A stretch of 63,634 nt of DNA, counting the filler, from Octopus bimaculoides (taxonomy: Eukaryota), in assembly GCF_001194135.2 (NCBI RefSeq). It is 6 parts of 5 records of this genome, joined end to end, with 100 filler letters (N's around TTAATTAATTAA, not from the genome) between each part and the next. Parts side by side here need not be neighbours in the genome. Positions count along the whole stretch, not along the records: positions 1 to 28,740 come from NC_068988.1; 5 more parts are not named here. One strand, written 5' to 3'. The translations under genes were made by a program, and so were the position numbers. The notes under the pieces are model-generated. The model worked only from the letters and a program-made list of their open reading frames with translations. It did not search any database and was not told the DNA's origin. This document shows positions 12,387 to 24,844 of the stretch, piece by piece. Each line of letters begins with the position of its first letter. Within the stretch, counting starts at the first letter, position 1.

Positions 12387-12790
12387 NNNNNNNNNNNNNN
12401 NNNNNNNNNNNNNNNNNNNNNNNNNNNNNNNNNNNNNNNNNNNNNNNNNNNNNNNNNNNNNNNNNNNNNNNNNNNNNNNNNNNNNNNNNNNNNNNNNNNN
12501 NNNNNNNNNNNNNNNNNNNNNNNNNNNNNNNNNNAAATATATATATATATATGTAGGTATGTAATCTTCTTTCATATTTTTGCTAAATCGTTAGAACATA
12601 CGGCTTTCCACTTAAGAAAGAGAGAAAACTTAGCGTTTGCAAACATCATTATATATATGAGTGTTGCTTTCAAACGGAATAAATGTGTGAAAAGTTGAGC
12701 TGTTTCTAGTTCTTGCAGGATGTTTCCCACAATTTAGAGCAATGCAGGATGTGTTAAACCCGTTCTCTATAATATAAATGAATGTATTTT

Positions 12791-12865
<75 letters not shown>

Positions 12866-12879
12866 NNNNNNNNNNTCTC

Positions 12880-12941
<62 letters not shown>

Positions 12942-14254
12942 TCTCTCTCAGGGCGTTGGTATATTTTAATCTAATCATGCGATGAGATTTTGTTGTGCAT
13001 TATGATGCAGTGACTCTCTCCGTGAGTATGTCTGTGTATGTCTATCTAAATGTATGTATATGTGTGTGTGTGTGTTATTTGGGTATTTTTGCAGGTTGTG
13101 TATATATGCGCGCATATTCGCACAAACGCACGTATATAAACAATGTCGATATTACAAATCCAGATAAAATGGCGACTTGAGATGTTATTAGTGTGAGAGT
13201 GGAAGTATCCTTAGAGGATAGATAGATAGACAGATCTGACATATTTTATCTCCATTCTAAACATATAAAAGATTAGAAGCTGAAAGAAAAACAGAGAAAC
13301 ACACACAAATACCCACATAGGAATGAACATATTGCCGACATACACGTATACACACCTGCGCACAGAAGAACATTTAGACAGTAATACAAACATATATATA
13401 TATAAATCTCTCTCTATATATATGTGTATATATATATATATATATNNNNNNNNNNNNNNNNNNNNNNNNNNNNNNNNNNNNNNNNNNNNNNNNNNNNNNN
13501 NNNNNNNNNNNNNNNNNNNNNNNNNNNNNNNNNNNNNNNNNNNNNNNNNNNNNNNNNNNNNNNNNNNNNNNNNNNNNNNNNNNNNNNNNNNNNNNNNNNN
13601 NNNNNNNNNNNNNNNNNNNNNNNNNNNNNNNNNNNNNNNNNNNNNNNNNNNNNNNNNNNNNNNNNNNNNNNNNNNNNNNNNNNNNNNNNNNNNNNNNNNN
13701 NNNNNNNNNNNNNNNNNNNNNNNNNNNNNNNNNNNNNNNNNNNNNNNNNNNNNNNNNNNNNNNNNNNNNNNNNNNNNNNNNNNNNNNNNNNNNNNNNNNN
13801 NNNNNNNNNNNNNNNNNNNNNNNNNNNNNNNNNNNNNNNNNNNNNNNNNNNNNNNNNNNNNNNNNNNNNNNNNNNNNNNNNNNNNNNNNNNNNNNNNNNN
13901 NNNNNNNNNNNNNNNNNNNNNNNNNNNNNNNNNNNNNNNNNNNNNNNNNNNNNNNNNNNNNNNNNNNNNNNNNNNNNNNNNNNNNNNNNNNNNNNNNNNN
14001 NNNNNNNNNNNNNNNNNNNNNNNNNNNNNNNNNNNNNNNNNNNNNNNNNNNNNNNNNNNNNNNNNNNNNNNNNNNNNNNNNNNNNNNNNNNNNNNNNNNN
14101 NNNNNNNNNNNNNNNNNNNNNNNNNNNNNNNNNNNNNNNNNNNNNNNNNNNNNNNNNNNNNNNNNNNNNNNNNNNNNNNNNNNNNNNNNNNNNNNNNNNN
14201 NNNNNNNNNNNNNNNNNNNNNNNNNNNNNNNNNNNNNNNNNNNNNNNNNNNNNN

Positions 14255-14318
14255 GGGGGTCGATGTAATCGACTCATCCCCTCCCTCAAAATGACTGCCC
14301 TTGTGGCAAAATTTGAAA
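14255..14318 (+). mobile_element. SINE family B 3' end, next to a gap
   Basis: GGGGTCGATGTAATCGACTCATCCCCTCC..GCCCTTGTGGCAAAATTTGAAAC. Confidence 0.7.
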
Positions 14319-14319
14319 C

Positions 14320-14361
<42 letters not shown>

Positions 14362-14372
<11 letters not shown>

Positions 14373-15075
14373 GTCCACGTGCATATGGCGTAGTGGTTAA
14401 GAGCGCAGGCTACTAACCCCAAGTTTCTGCGTTCGATTCCAGGTTGTGACCTGAATACTACTACTACTACTACTAATAATAATAATAATAATAATAATAA
14501 TGATAATAATGATAATAATGATGCCCGGATGCAGTACCAGGCAGTGGCTCTCATGGCTTCTGACTGATTGGAAGTGTTATCACGTACATTGTTTTGTCTT
14601 GGTATAAAAGATGGGCTACAGCGAATATTCTGCTTGATACCACAGATTTGCTTGTCAGTTGTTTGACCTTAACCAGTTGAGCATGTCCCTTAGTGGTTGA
14701 CGATATGTGCATCTCTGATCACGAGCAGAAGTAGTGGGGGAGCATCATAGCCATGTGTTGAGAGGAATTGTTTGGGATTTGGATAATTTACCTTTAGAAA
14801 CATGGCTGTTTTGTTCAACATCTTTAAACAACCCTTATTCAAGGATCCTTTGAGCTGGATGGGCTACTCGACCTGAAGAAAATTCTAACTGGGCCCCACC
14901 TGCGAGGTCATGCGCTGTTTATCTTGATATGAAATCACTATGTCGCACACATATGGTTGTGATGCATGTGCCGGGTGTACCCCTATCAGACGGGTAGTCA
15001 TGATGGGTATATTGGGCTTCATATATTTTACCCCAGTGTCACTTTGATGGCATGAACTTCTCTCTCACTCAATGA
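14362..15075 (+). mobile_element. Long tRNA-headed interspersed repeat, family E
   Basis: Head has an A box (TGGCGTAGTGG) and B box (GTTCGATTCC), then (TAC)n(AAT)n; body 14620-14785 is repeated at 46170-46345. Confidence 0.7.
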
Positions 15076-15358
15076 TAACAACAAACAAGATATAAAATGT
15101 ATATAATGTAAATAATGTAAATAATGTACACAATTCCTCATCTCTTAAATATAGAACTGTAAAACTATTCTCATCATTAATCTTGCCTAATGTCACTTCT
15201 ATATAATAAATGACCAATTATGTAAGGGAGTAGGTTGTAAGGATTCGCTCCTCCTCCTCAAAATTAGAAACCATTATTTCCATTGTGATTGCTTTTACTT
15301 TTGCAATAATAATTGTTGCAACTGCTATTGCTATTGTTGTTCTTGCTGCTCCTGTTCC

Positions 15359-15410
<52 letters not shown>

Positions 15411-16389
15411 GGATATGTTCTTATATTTTTCGCGTACCGAAATGTTATAAAACTCTCAAGATGTTTTTAATTTATTAAGATGTTTTGTGGATGAAAATTA
15501 TATCCTTTTGGATCATTTTACAAACAGGAGACGTCGTTAAGACGTCGGCTTCCATGTCTGTTTCAATAACTAATGTAGGTAGACGGTCTGTTTTACATAT
15601 CATTGTAATTTCTTTCCAGAATATTGTTGTGTTTACAATAATTTTCAGTATGTCTTCCTCTGTCAGAAGAGCTGCAAGAAAAAGGAAACGGCACTGAATA
15701 CGCCCCTTTGAAAGAAAACAGTCATTTAATCTTCGAACACACTGAAACGATTTATTTTTTTTTAATAAATAAAATAAACAGAAACATAGATAGATAAATA
15801 AATAAATAATAGGGGAAAAAACAATAAAATAAAGAGATAGACGCTCTAGTCTGGTCTGTCAAAATCTAATATCATAAAACGGAAATTTGCATGACATTAT
15901 CAAAATAATAATAACAATAACAACAGCGGCATCTACAACAGCTGCAAAAGGGGTAATGAAATGAAACTTGTGAAATGAAGGAAAAATTAATAAAAGACGG
16001 TAGGTTTTGATTTCGCTCACGCTGCAAGTAACAAACGTGTTTTCAATATGAACTGCCGAGCAGAGAAAGTAATTACCGTGGCAAGGTTTCGTATCTAAAG
16101 CAAGCGCTTCTTTGCCCGAGCGACAGAAAAGAACATTTACGTAGACCTGCATTTCCAAACGTGAGACACTTTTCCACATGCTCTCAAAATAGTCCTAGGA
16201 ATTATTTGACTTCTTACTCGGTCTCTATAAGTGACTGATATCGCAACATTACCCCTGGACGGGATACAGGTCCGTCGTGCAGGGTTGCTCATTTAGCCCT
16301 GTGTGGACTGCAGCAACGTCCACTGCCTAATCAAGAATTGAAACCACGGTTTTGGAATGAATCGCGGGTGCAATATCTCTAACACCTAA

Positions 16390-16944
16390 GCAAATTTTGT
16401 GGAACGGGGTTTGTCGATTACATCCATCTCAGTACTCTATTGGGACTTATTTAATCGACCCCGAAAGGCAATGTCGGCCTCGATGCAATTTGAACTCAAT
16501 TTTAAAATTACAAAGAATTGTATTAAAATAAAAAGGTATAAAATTGGTTTCAGGGGGTAAGTCGATGACATCGACCCCATTGCAGAACTGGTATTTATTT
16601 TATCGACCGCGAGGAACGAAATGCAAAGTCGACCTCAACGTAATTTGAAATAGAAACGTAAAGACGCATGAAATGACGCGAAACATTTTGCCCAGCGTGC
16701 TAACGATCCTTACCAAATCGCCACCTTAAATTCTACGAAAATATTCTTTTCTACTCTAGGTGCAAGGCCTGAAATTTTCGGAGAGTAGGGTCAGTCTATT
16801 AAATCGACCCCAGTACGCAACTGGTACTTAATTTATCGACCCCGAAAGGATGAAAGGCAAAGTCGACCTCGGCGGAATTAGAACTCAGAACCTAAGGACG
16901 GATGAAGTGCTGCTAAGCATTTCGCCAAGCATGCTAACGTTTCT
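16390..16944 (-). mobile_element. Three tandem SINE family B copies
   Basis: ATCGAC(C)CCGAAAGG..AAAGTCGACCTC-type motif repeated near 16455, 16605 and 16835. Confidence 0.8.
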
Positions 16945-17898
16945 NNNNNNNNNNNNNNNNNNNNNNNNNNNNNNNNNNNNNNNNNNNNNNNNNNNNNNNN
17001 NNNNNNNNNNNNNNNNNNNNNNNNNNNNNNNNNNNNNNNNNNNNNNNNNNNNNNNNNNNNNNNNNNNNNNNNNNNNNNNNNNNNNNNNNNNNNNNNNNNN
17101 NNNNNNNNNNNNNNNNNNNNNNNNNNNNNNNNNNNNNNNNNNNNNNNNNNNNNNNNNNNNNNNNNNNNNNNNNNNNNNNNNNNNNNNNNNNNNNNNNNNN
17201 NNNNNNNNNNNNNNNNNNNNNNNNNNNNNNNNNNNNNNNNNNNNNNNNNNNNNNNNNNNNNNNNNNNNNNNNNNNNNNNNNNNNNNNNNNNNNNNNNNNN
17301 NNNNNNNNNNNNNNNNNNNNNNNNNNNNNNNNNNNNNNNNNNNNNNNNNNNNNNNNNNNNNNNNNNNNNNNNNNNNNNNNNNNNNNNNNNNNNNNNNNNN
17401 NNNNNNNNNNNNNNNNNNNNNNNNNNNNNNNNNNNNNNNNNNNNNNNNNNNNNNNNNNNNNNNNNNNNNNNNNNNNNNNNNNNNNNNNNNNNNNNNNNNN
17501 NNNNNNNNNNNNNNNNNNNNNNNNNNNNNNNNNNNNNNNNNNNNNNNNNNNNNNNNNNNNNNNNNNNNNNNNNNNNNNNNNNNNNNNNNNNNNNNNNNNN
17601 NNNNNNNNNNNNNNNNNNNNNNNNNNNNNNNNNNNNNNNNNNNNNNNNNNNNNNNNNNNNNNNNNNNNNNNNNNNNNNNNNNNNNNNNNNNNNNNNNNNN
17701 NNNNNNNNNNNNNNNNNNNNNNNNNNNNNNNNNNNNNNNNNNNNNNNNNNNNNNNNNNNNNNNNNNNNNNNNNNNNNNNNNNNNNNNNNNTATACATATA
17801 TACATATATATGTATATGTGCGTATTCTCATACACACACATACACACACGCACACACACATATATGCGTACACTCATATGCATGTATGTATGTATGTA

Positions 17899-17936
<38 letters not shown>

Positions 17937-18709
17937 TGTGTGTGTGTGTATATAATGGAACAAAAATGCAACAGAGGACAATAAAACAATCAAACAGATA
18001 GACGATAAAAAGGTGGACATGAAATAACAACAATTAGAAGGACAGGTAAAAAAAGGGCGGGTCATTCATGACCTTGTTTCGTTAGTCAAGTTACCAGATG
18101 TCCTTACAATTTCGGGAAGTCTAAACTAAGAGCATTTGATTTTTTGTAGGAAAGCTAGCGAATGTGTGCGATGGCAAAGACAAAAAAATGGAGAACATGA
18201 TACACAATTACAAACACAAAGAACAAGAATATAACAGCAGGAGTATTTCAACCGAAGACGTATCAAATTGAGCTGGTGAAAGCCTAAAGGCATAAACATA
18301 GGAGATGTCCATAAGTGGTATTGGCGGTCAGCAATCAGGCCACGAAAGAAAGATCATAATTGGCCGAACACCGTCCACGTGGAAGGAGGAGAGAAAGGTA
18401 GGGGCAGCGGGATTGAAAGATTAGAAAAAAATGAGAGACAAAGAGAAAGGTCCAGGGGGAGATAAATGAGGGGGAAAAGTGAGAGTTAAAGACAGAGAGG
18501 GTCAAGAAATGTGTGAGAGGAGGATCGAGAAAAAGAAATGAGGAAGAAAGTGTGAGGGGGACTAAAAGACACGGTAAGAGAAAATTTAGATGCATACTTA
18601 CTATAAGGTGAGCAAAAGTGTACGTACGCCGTTATATGTATATATAAATATAAAAAATGGAACAAAAACGCAACAGAAGACAATAAAACAACCGGACATA
18701 TAGGCGGCA

Positions 18710-18915
18710 CAGTAATCCCTAGACTGTCGCGGGTGTTACGTTTCAAAACCCCCCACAGAAATAATTAAAATAAAAGGTAATATAAATATCTATCAGCCGC
18801 AGAAACGCGCGATATACTGAGGGGTCTGCAATACAAATTTACATATATTAGCCAGAAAAATCTGTGATGTACTGAATGCGCGATAGGTGAACCGCAATAT
18901 GGTGAGGGATTACTG
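18710..18915. mobile_element. pogo/Tigger-like non-autonomous DNA transposon (MITE)
   Basis: Perfect 11-bp TIR CAGTAATCCCT / AGGGATTACTG; TA on the right flank and CA on the left; second copy at 21537. Confidence 0.75.
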
Positions 18916-18929
18916 TATATATCAATATG

Positions 18930-19135
18930 CTTGTGTGTCTGTGTTAGTCCCCCATCATCGCTTGACAACCGATGCTGGTGTATTTCCGTCCCCGTAATCT
19001 AGCAGTTAGGCATAAGAGACCGATAGAAGAAGTATTAGGTTTACAAAGAATAAGTCCTGAGGTCGATTCGTTCGACTAAAGGCGGTGCTCCAGCAAGGCC
19101 GCAGTAAAATTATTGAAACAAGTCAAAGTATAGAA
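18930..19135 (+). mobile_element. SINE family A tail
   Basis: CCCCCATCATCGCTTGACAACCGATGCTGGTG..GGCGGTGCTCCAGCAAGGCCGCAG matches 7725-7890. Confidence 0.75.
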
Positions 19136-19231
19136 TATAAGAATGCATTCATACATGCATACATATATATTTGCGTCTACGTATGCACATATATGTAGAC
19201 ATCCTCTTCGTTACAGCTCGAGAGCTGTGGC

Positions 19232-19526
19232 CAGTGGCGGATTGGCCAGGTTGCCAGCTTGCCCGATGGCAAGGGGCCCCTGCGCCATAAGAATCCATAT
19301 ATGGGGGTCCATGTTAGTATCTAGGGGACCCATACCCTCAGGTTTGAGAATTTTTTTATTCATTCCTGGAAGAATGCATTAATTATTTCAGCCTGGTTGT
19401 GTTTGTAGATAGTTGAAAAGAATAATTTTAACAAAAAAATTTAAAAATTAAATGATAGTATTGTAATTGCGGGTTGGCTGCCTTAGTCTCCTGGCAACCA
19501 ATATTTTTAGACCCAGTCTGCTACTG
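19232..19526. mobile_element. hAT-type MITE with 8-bp target-site duplication
   Basis: Imperfect TIR CAGTGGCGGATTGG / CCAGTCTGCTACTG (11 of 14 match), flanked on both sides by GCTGTGGC (19224-19231 and 19527-19534). 8-bp TSDs are characteristic of hAT elements. Confidence 0.8.
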
Positions 19527-19574
19527 GCTGTGGCAATGCTGGGGCACCACTGACAGGTGTGGTTAAAGCTTTCT

Positions 19575-19990
19575 AAGTTCTCCCTGAATGGTTGGTGTTT
19601 GGTGAATAAGCGAGTTTAATAATGCTACCATCGTTTGCTTTCCCTGCCGTGGAGTTGGATGATTCGTAAATCTTGAGAGTAGGAGAACCAGTTCTGGTTC
19701 GAAGACTTTTACATTCAACGCATACAGGTTCCTGAAGTCCACATGGAAGATACTGAAGAGCCGTGGGCCCTTGATTCTCAAGGTATTGCCACCTCTGCCC
19801 CGGTATCTTCAGCTGTCACGGAGATAGGGTACAATAGAGAAGGCCGCTCAGGTATGGGATATGAAGAATATGATGAAGGATTGGCGGGAAAAATGCCACG
19901 TGATTTAACTAGAAGAAGCATATTTCTGGGGAAGATATGGGACAAATGGTTAAGTCTGACACAAGATGTTAAGTCTGAGAAAAGAGATGG
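19575..19990 (+). mobile_element. Old CR1-group (CR1/L2/Crack) LINE ORF2 C-terminal remnant
   Basis: With frameshifts, in the expected order: G-MIRKS (cf. LGMIRRSF), HMEDTEEPWALDSQGI (cf. HLEY..xWxPY.K.DI), RVQ-RR (cf. LERVQRRA), GEDMGQMVK (cf. RGDMIxxFK). Aligned by eye only. Confidence 0.5.
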
Positions 19991-20069
19991 TGCCGGTAAG
20001 AATGTGGGTATAGGGAAGAAGAATACAATCCGGGTAAATGTGGCAACATGGACGAATTTAAAGATTGTG

Positions 20070-20235
20070 GTGATGACAACGAGGAATTCGATGACGACTG
20101 AAACGACGACGACGACGACGACGACGACAAAGATGAAAATGGTGATGGTGATGACGACGGCCATGATGATAACGTTGACGAACATGACGACGACGACGAA
20201 AATGACGATGACGATAATGATGATGACAACAATGG

Positions 20236-20280
<45 letters not shown>

Positions 20281-20300
20281 CGACGGTGATGATGATGATA

Positions 20301-20354
<54 letters not shown>

Positions 20355-20356
20355 AC
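20070..20356. repeat. (GAT)n/(GAC)n microsatellite
   Basis: Directly visible; supplies the poly-M/T tail of the 313-aa ORF. Confidence 0.95.
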
Positions 20357-20432
20357 ATTTCGTATGATGACAATTTTAAGAACCTTCAGTGTAATGTTTC
20401 ACAAAACTAACGTAGTATATGTACATATATAT

Positions 20433-20523
<91 letters not shown>

Positions 20524-20788
20524 ACTATGCATATCGATGTACATACCTGCATAGACACACACAAACAGGGACAGACAAACACACACATACACGCACACAC
20601 ACATACACGCACACACACATACACGCAAGCATATGTATGTACGTGTGTATGATAGGCCTTTACACAAGAACAATGTTGAAATAATACTTTTACAAGAATG
20701 ACAACCTGTCTTCAGCAAAGACATTTTGAATGATAACCTGCATGTCTTAATGATTCACATGTCCCCAGTATACATACATACATACAAA

Positions 20789-20823
<35 letters not shown>

Positions 20824-21348
20824 GTACGTACATTTTTGTTGAAGATTTGACATTCTCAACTCAAAAACAACTTTGCACGCTTAATTCATGTTTGTCGGCT
20901 CACCAGAAATAAATAAATGAATAAATAAATAAAATAAGTAAATAAAGAAAGAAATGAATAAATAAAAGCAAGAGAAAAAAAAATATGTGTATTGAACACC
21001 GAAGGAGTGTTTCTTGTTCAAATATTATCAACTAATTAATTTTGTCGTCGACACAAGCAAAAATAATTGACAGCCGAAATACATATCGTNNNNNNNNNNN
21101 NNNNNNNNNNNNNNNNNNNNNNNNNNNNNNNNNNNNNNNNNNNNNNNNNNNNNNNTTGGCTCCTTTAATTCAACTATCGATATTTTTTGTTGTTGTTGTT
21201 ACTTTTCTTTCTTCCGTTTTATTACATTTTCAAACTTGGTATTTTTTATATTCTTATGTTTATATTTTTTTGCTTCTCTTCTTATTTATTTTTGCATAAG
21301 CGTGTGGTTGTATGTATATGTGCGCACTTGTGCGTGACTGAGTATACC

Positions 21349-21446
<98 letters not shown>

Positions 21447-21536
21447 TGTCTGTGTATATACACATATATATACTCACGCACACACATATATATGTATGTA
21501 TGTATATATATGTATGTACATATATGTATGCGTATA

Positions 21537-21770
21537 CAGTAATCTCTCGCCATATCGCGGTCCACCTATCGCGGTTCAGCTATCGCGGTTTATTATTTAA
21601 GCTTACGTCGATTCCTCCGTGGTGTTGTTATGCATTTATAAAATAAATATATATAAATCATGAAAATAATTTTAAAAATATACAGTACAGTACTCTTTGT
21701 ATTTCGCGGATTTTCACCTATCGCGGGAGGTTTGGAACGTAATAAGTGTGATAGTCGTAGGAACGCATAT
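21537..21770. mobile_element. pogo/Tigger-like MITE, second copy, inverted relative to 18710
   Basis: TA|CAGTAATCTCTCGCCATATCGCGGTCCACCTATCGCG matches the reverse complement of the right end of 18710-18915; the far end is degraded. Confidence 0.7.
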
Positions 21771-21779
21771 ACATCTATA

Positions 21780-21850
21780 GTTACAGGCATCGTGGTGTGG
21801 TTAAGAAATTTAGTTTGTAACCATGAAGCTTCGGGTTCAGTCCCACTGTC
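21780..21850 (+). mobile_element. SINE family A head fragment
   Basis: CAGGCATCGTGGTGTGGTTAAGAA..GGGTTCAGTCCCACTG. Confidence 0.6.
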
Positions 21851-22199
21851 TTTCATCAATTCCGTTGAAGTTACCCAATATTCTAAGTAGGGTTATCTTC
21901 AGCTGTTACGATTTCATGAAGCCGTGTACAATAGAGCAAAGTAGTGGAGAAACTGTGCGGAAGCCCATCATATATATTATGTGTTTTTGGAGTACTCACC
22001 TTAACGCATCACAGGATGTAGTACCTTAGGCTTGGCTCTTGGGTGTCCTCTGTGGAGTGTTCTGAGCATTTGTGTTGAAAATATATATTTACATATTTCT
22101 CACTTTACTACACTCTTCTTTGAAGATCAGCGAATGCATCTCATTGATTACCCCCATCTTCCTTTGGGAAATCCTCTGCCAAATAACAAAACCTCCATG

Positions 22200-22625
22200 T
22201 TGAAGCTATCCTATTGTATAGCTGGATCGATATACAGTAGGACAGTGTGTAAGAAAGTACAAAAGAAGAGGGACACACAGGGAGAATACTAAAACTTATC
22301 TAACAAAGTGCAATCTGTTGCAAATCTTGGGATTAGGTTTCCATTCACACGATATCAGAGATTTAATAATTTAGAGCTGTTCATGCCGAGGAAATAGATA
22401 TGAGTCCATGGGCCGATGTGGAATCAGTTCTATTATAGAAGAGTCATTCTAGCTATCATAAAAACCACACCAGAGACATTCAAATATCCTTTATATCTTG
22501 TTAATGTGTTGTATGTGGTGCTGATGAAGGAGCAAGTACTCCCGAAATATGGATATACACCTATAACCTATTTTTCTACCTTTGATCGCATTGTTTACAT
22601 GGACGTATTCGTATACGAAACACTG
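22200..22625 (+). mobile_element. Possible decayed PLE 3' end (GIY-YIG remnant plus HHR-bearing pseudo-LTR)
   Basis: One frameshift gives LSYCIAGSIY/VGQCVRKYKRRGTH (cf. Y.I.C..C...YVGQT.R.L..R..EH) about 230 bp upstream of the HHR fold; the protein match is weak. Confidence 0.35.
22508..22567 (+). ncRNA. Type I hammerhead ribozyme motif, near canonical
   Basis: Stem I GTTGTA[TGT]GGTG / CACC-TATAAC; core CTGATGA; stem II (A)GGAG-CAAGTA-CTCC(C); GAAA; stem III ATA-TGGA-TAT; AUA cleavage triplet. Confidence 0.7.
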
Positions 22626-24844
22626 AAACTTTCAGTACTGGCTCTAATTTTTTTTTTTAGAAAATCTGTAGAAATAACTTTAAAAAGTGATTTATTTCTT
22701 GAGGAATCAAAATTTTAGCCACGCTACTGCAGTCTTGGAGTTATTGCGAAAATATAGAATATGGAAATTCTTATTATTCACTGATATAAAATAAAGTTAA
22801 CAAAGATAACGGAGACCCTTCGTAGCTGTACTTGTCGATTAATATATATATATGACACCATGTGTTGAAACTGAATCAACTACATCGTGACAGAACCATT
22901 TTAGTCATCTAGAAACTTAGCGCAATCTTAGATTCACTTATTCATTTCTTCACTGTTTAATAAATTTCGTAGCTCAATTGTAATCTGTTCTCAGAGCAAC
23001 ACCTCGGTGGACATTGACGTCTCAAGAAATAAATGATAACGAATTTAACAAGTTTTGTGAATTTTCGGGTGATTAAATGGTTGTGAATATCTGGATTATA
23101 GGAAATATCTATCCTCCAGAGACTGGGGGAAACAAATGGCAAGGACCTGAACTCACCGGGTTTTTTTCTCTTTTCTTGTTTGAAATTTCAAAGGCCATCC
23201 AGAGTTGAAGTTGCCGAGCAAGGACTTGATGTGCGCGAGTTCGTATCTTAGAATTCAAGCTGTTACATTGTGGACGAAATTTCTAAAAACTTATCAAAAT
23301 TCTAAATTCTCGTATTTATTTCTTGGAATTTTTTAAATTTTTGTTGCTTGCTCGCAATCTTGTCTTTGAAACAGTTCTTCAATGGGAAACGTGCCAGAAA
23401 TTAATAATAAGTGAATTTGGCAGTTTTTTGTGCTTTTAGATGACAGAATGGTTGTGTTATTACTTTATATGATCAACTTATGTTTTTCCGCACCAGTCTT
23501 GGAATTCTTACAAAACTAACAATTGAAGAAAATGTCCCGCTTTCCCTGACAGAAAAAATAAATTCAGGAAGTATTCGAACTTGTTACAGCCATGTAACTG
23601 TCACACTTCGATTGTGAGTAATTCATAGGGAAGCAGGTGGGAAACAATGAAAAACAATTAGAATTTCTTTCTCTTTTGTTAAAATCTCTTTAATTTATTT
23701 TACTGAGATGTATATATAGAAGCACATCAATGCATTAGCGACACAAGTTAAGCCTGCAGGAAATTATATTTAGAGGAGATAAATTCTGCCCTGTCACCGC
23801 TAAATATTACGAAATGACGCATCTAGATTTGTTTTCTGTCGGTAAAAATAAAATGAAACAATCTCGTTAAAATGGCGGTATTCAGGTGCTGGAGCTTATG
23901 TTAAGTTTTAACTGTTAATGAACACTTCGGGGGATCAAATAGAAGACGAAACACCCACGCACGCATGCGCGAATGTACACTCACACACACATACATACGT
24001 ATGTATAAGCACAGAAAGAAAGAGAGAGGGAGAGAGAGAGAGAGAGAGAGAGAGAAGTAAACAGAAAGAGGTATAGCTGTGTATGTGTCAGTGTATATAT
24101 TTGTATATATGCATGTGTCTATAGCTATATCTATATAAATAGCACATGTGTATATAGAAGGGTTAAAGGAAGTATGTATATATATATATGCATGTGTGTG
24201 TGTATAAGTGTGTGAGTGTGCGTGTGTATATGCACATGTACACACATAAATACATTCATATACATACACACACACACACACACAAACACATATATATATA
24301 TATATCAAACATGCATCCATATGTGTGAATTCGTGTACGTGTGTTTATGCATGTGTGTGTAAGTGAGCATGCGCATATTGTGTTCGTAAAGAGACGCGTG
24401 CTGGGGAGACAGAGTATGGGAAAAATTACAAAGAAACGTGCTAAAGAATTCATAACAAACAAACAAACAAACAAGCAAAAGAAAGTCGCAAACACAAAAC
24501 AAAACAAAACAAGCAGAGAAATTCCTATCGGTGAAGTTCAATGAATTGATTAGGATTGATTATTTCAGTTTCAAATCAAAGAATTTCATTTATTTATATA
24601 TATATTTATTTATTTTATGTCTGCATCATTTACTATTGTATCGTTATTCAATATAATGCCTTCCATATTGTTTCTCCATATATATACATATAAGTATATA
24701 TATATTTGTGTGTGTGTGTGTGTATGAGCGTGGGTGTGTGAGTGCGTGTGTGTGTGGGTGTGTTTCTGTGCATGTATTTATATGAAGTTTTCTTTGTGGC
24801 TTTTAATTTATTCTCAGATTGTTTTTCGTCGTTTTCTTCCTGAT

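Noticed and set aside
14377-14450. Possible tRNA gene
   Set aside because: A and B boxes are present but I could not form an acceptor stem, and it continues into a dispersed repeat body, so it is a SINE head.
19743-20684. 313-aa ORF resembling a neuropeptide precursor
   Set aside because: No signal peptide; the first third is better explained as a CR1-group LINE remnant and the rest is (GAT)n and (CA/TA)n.
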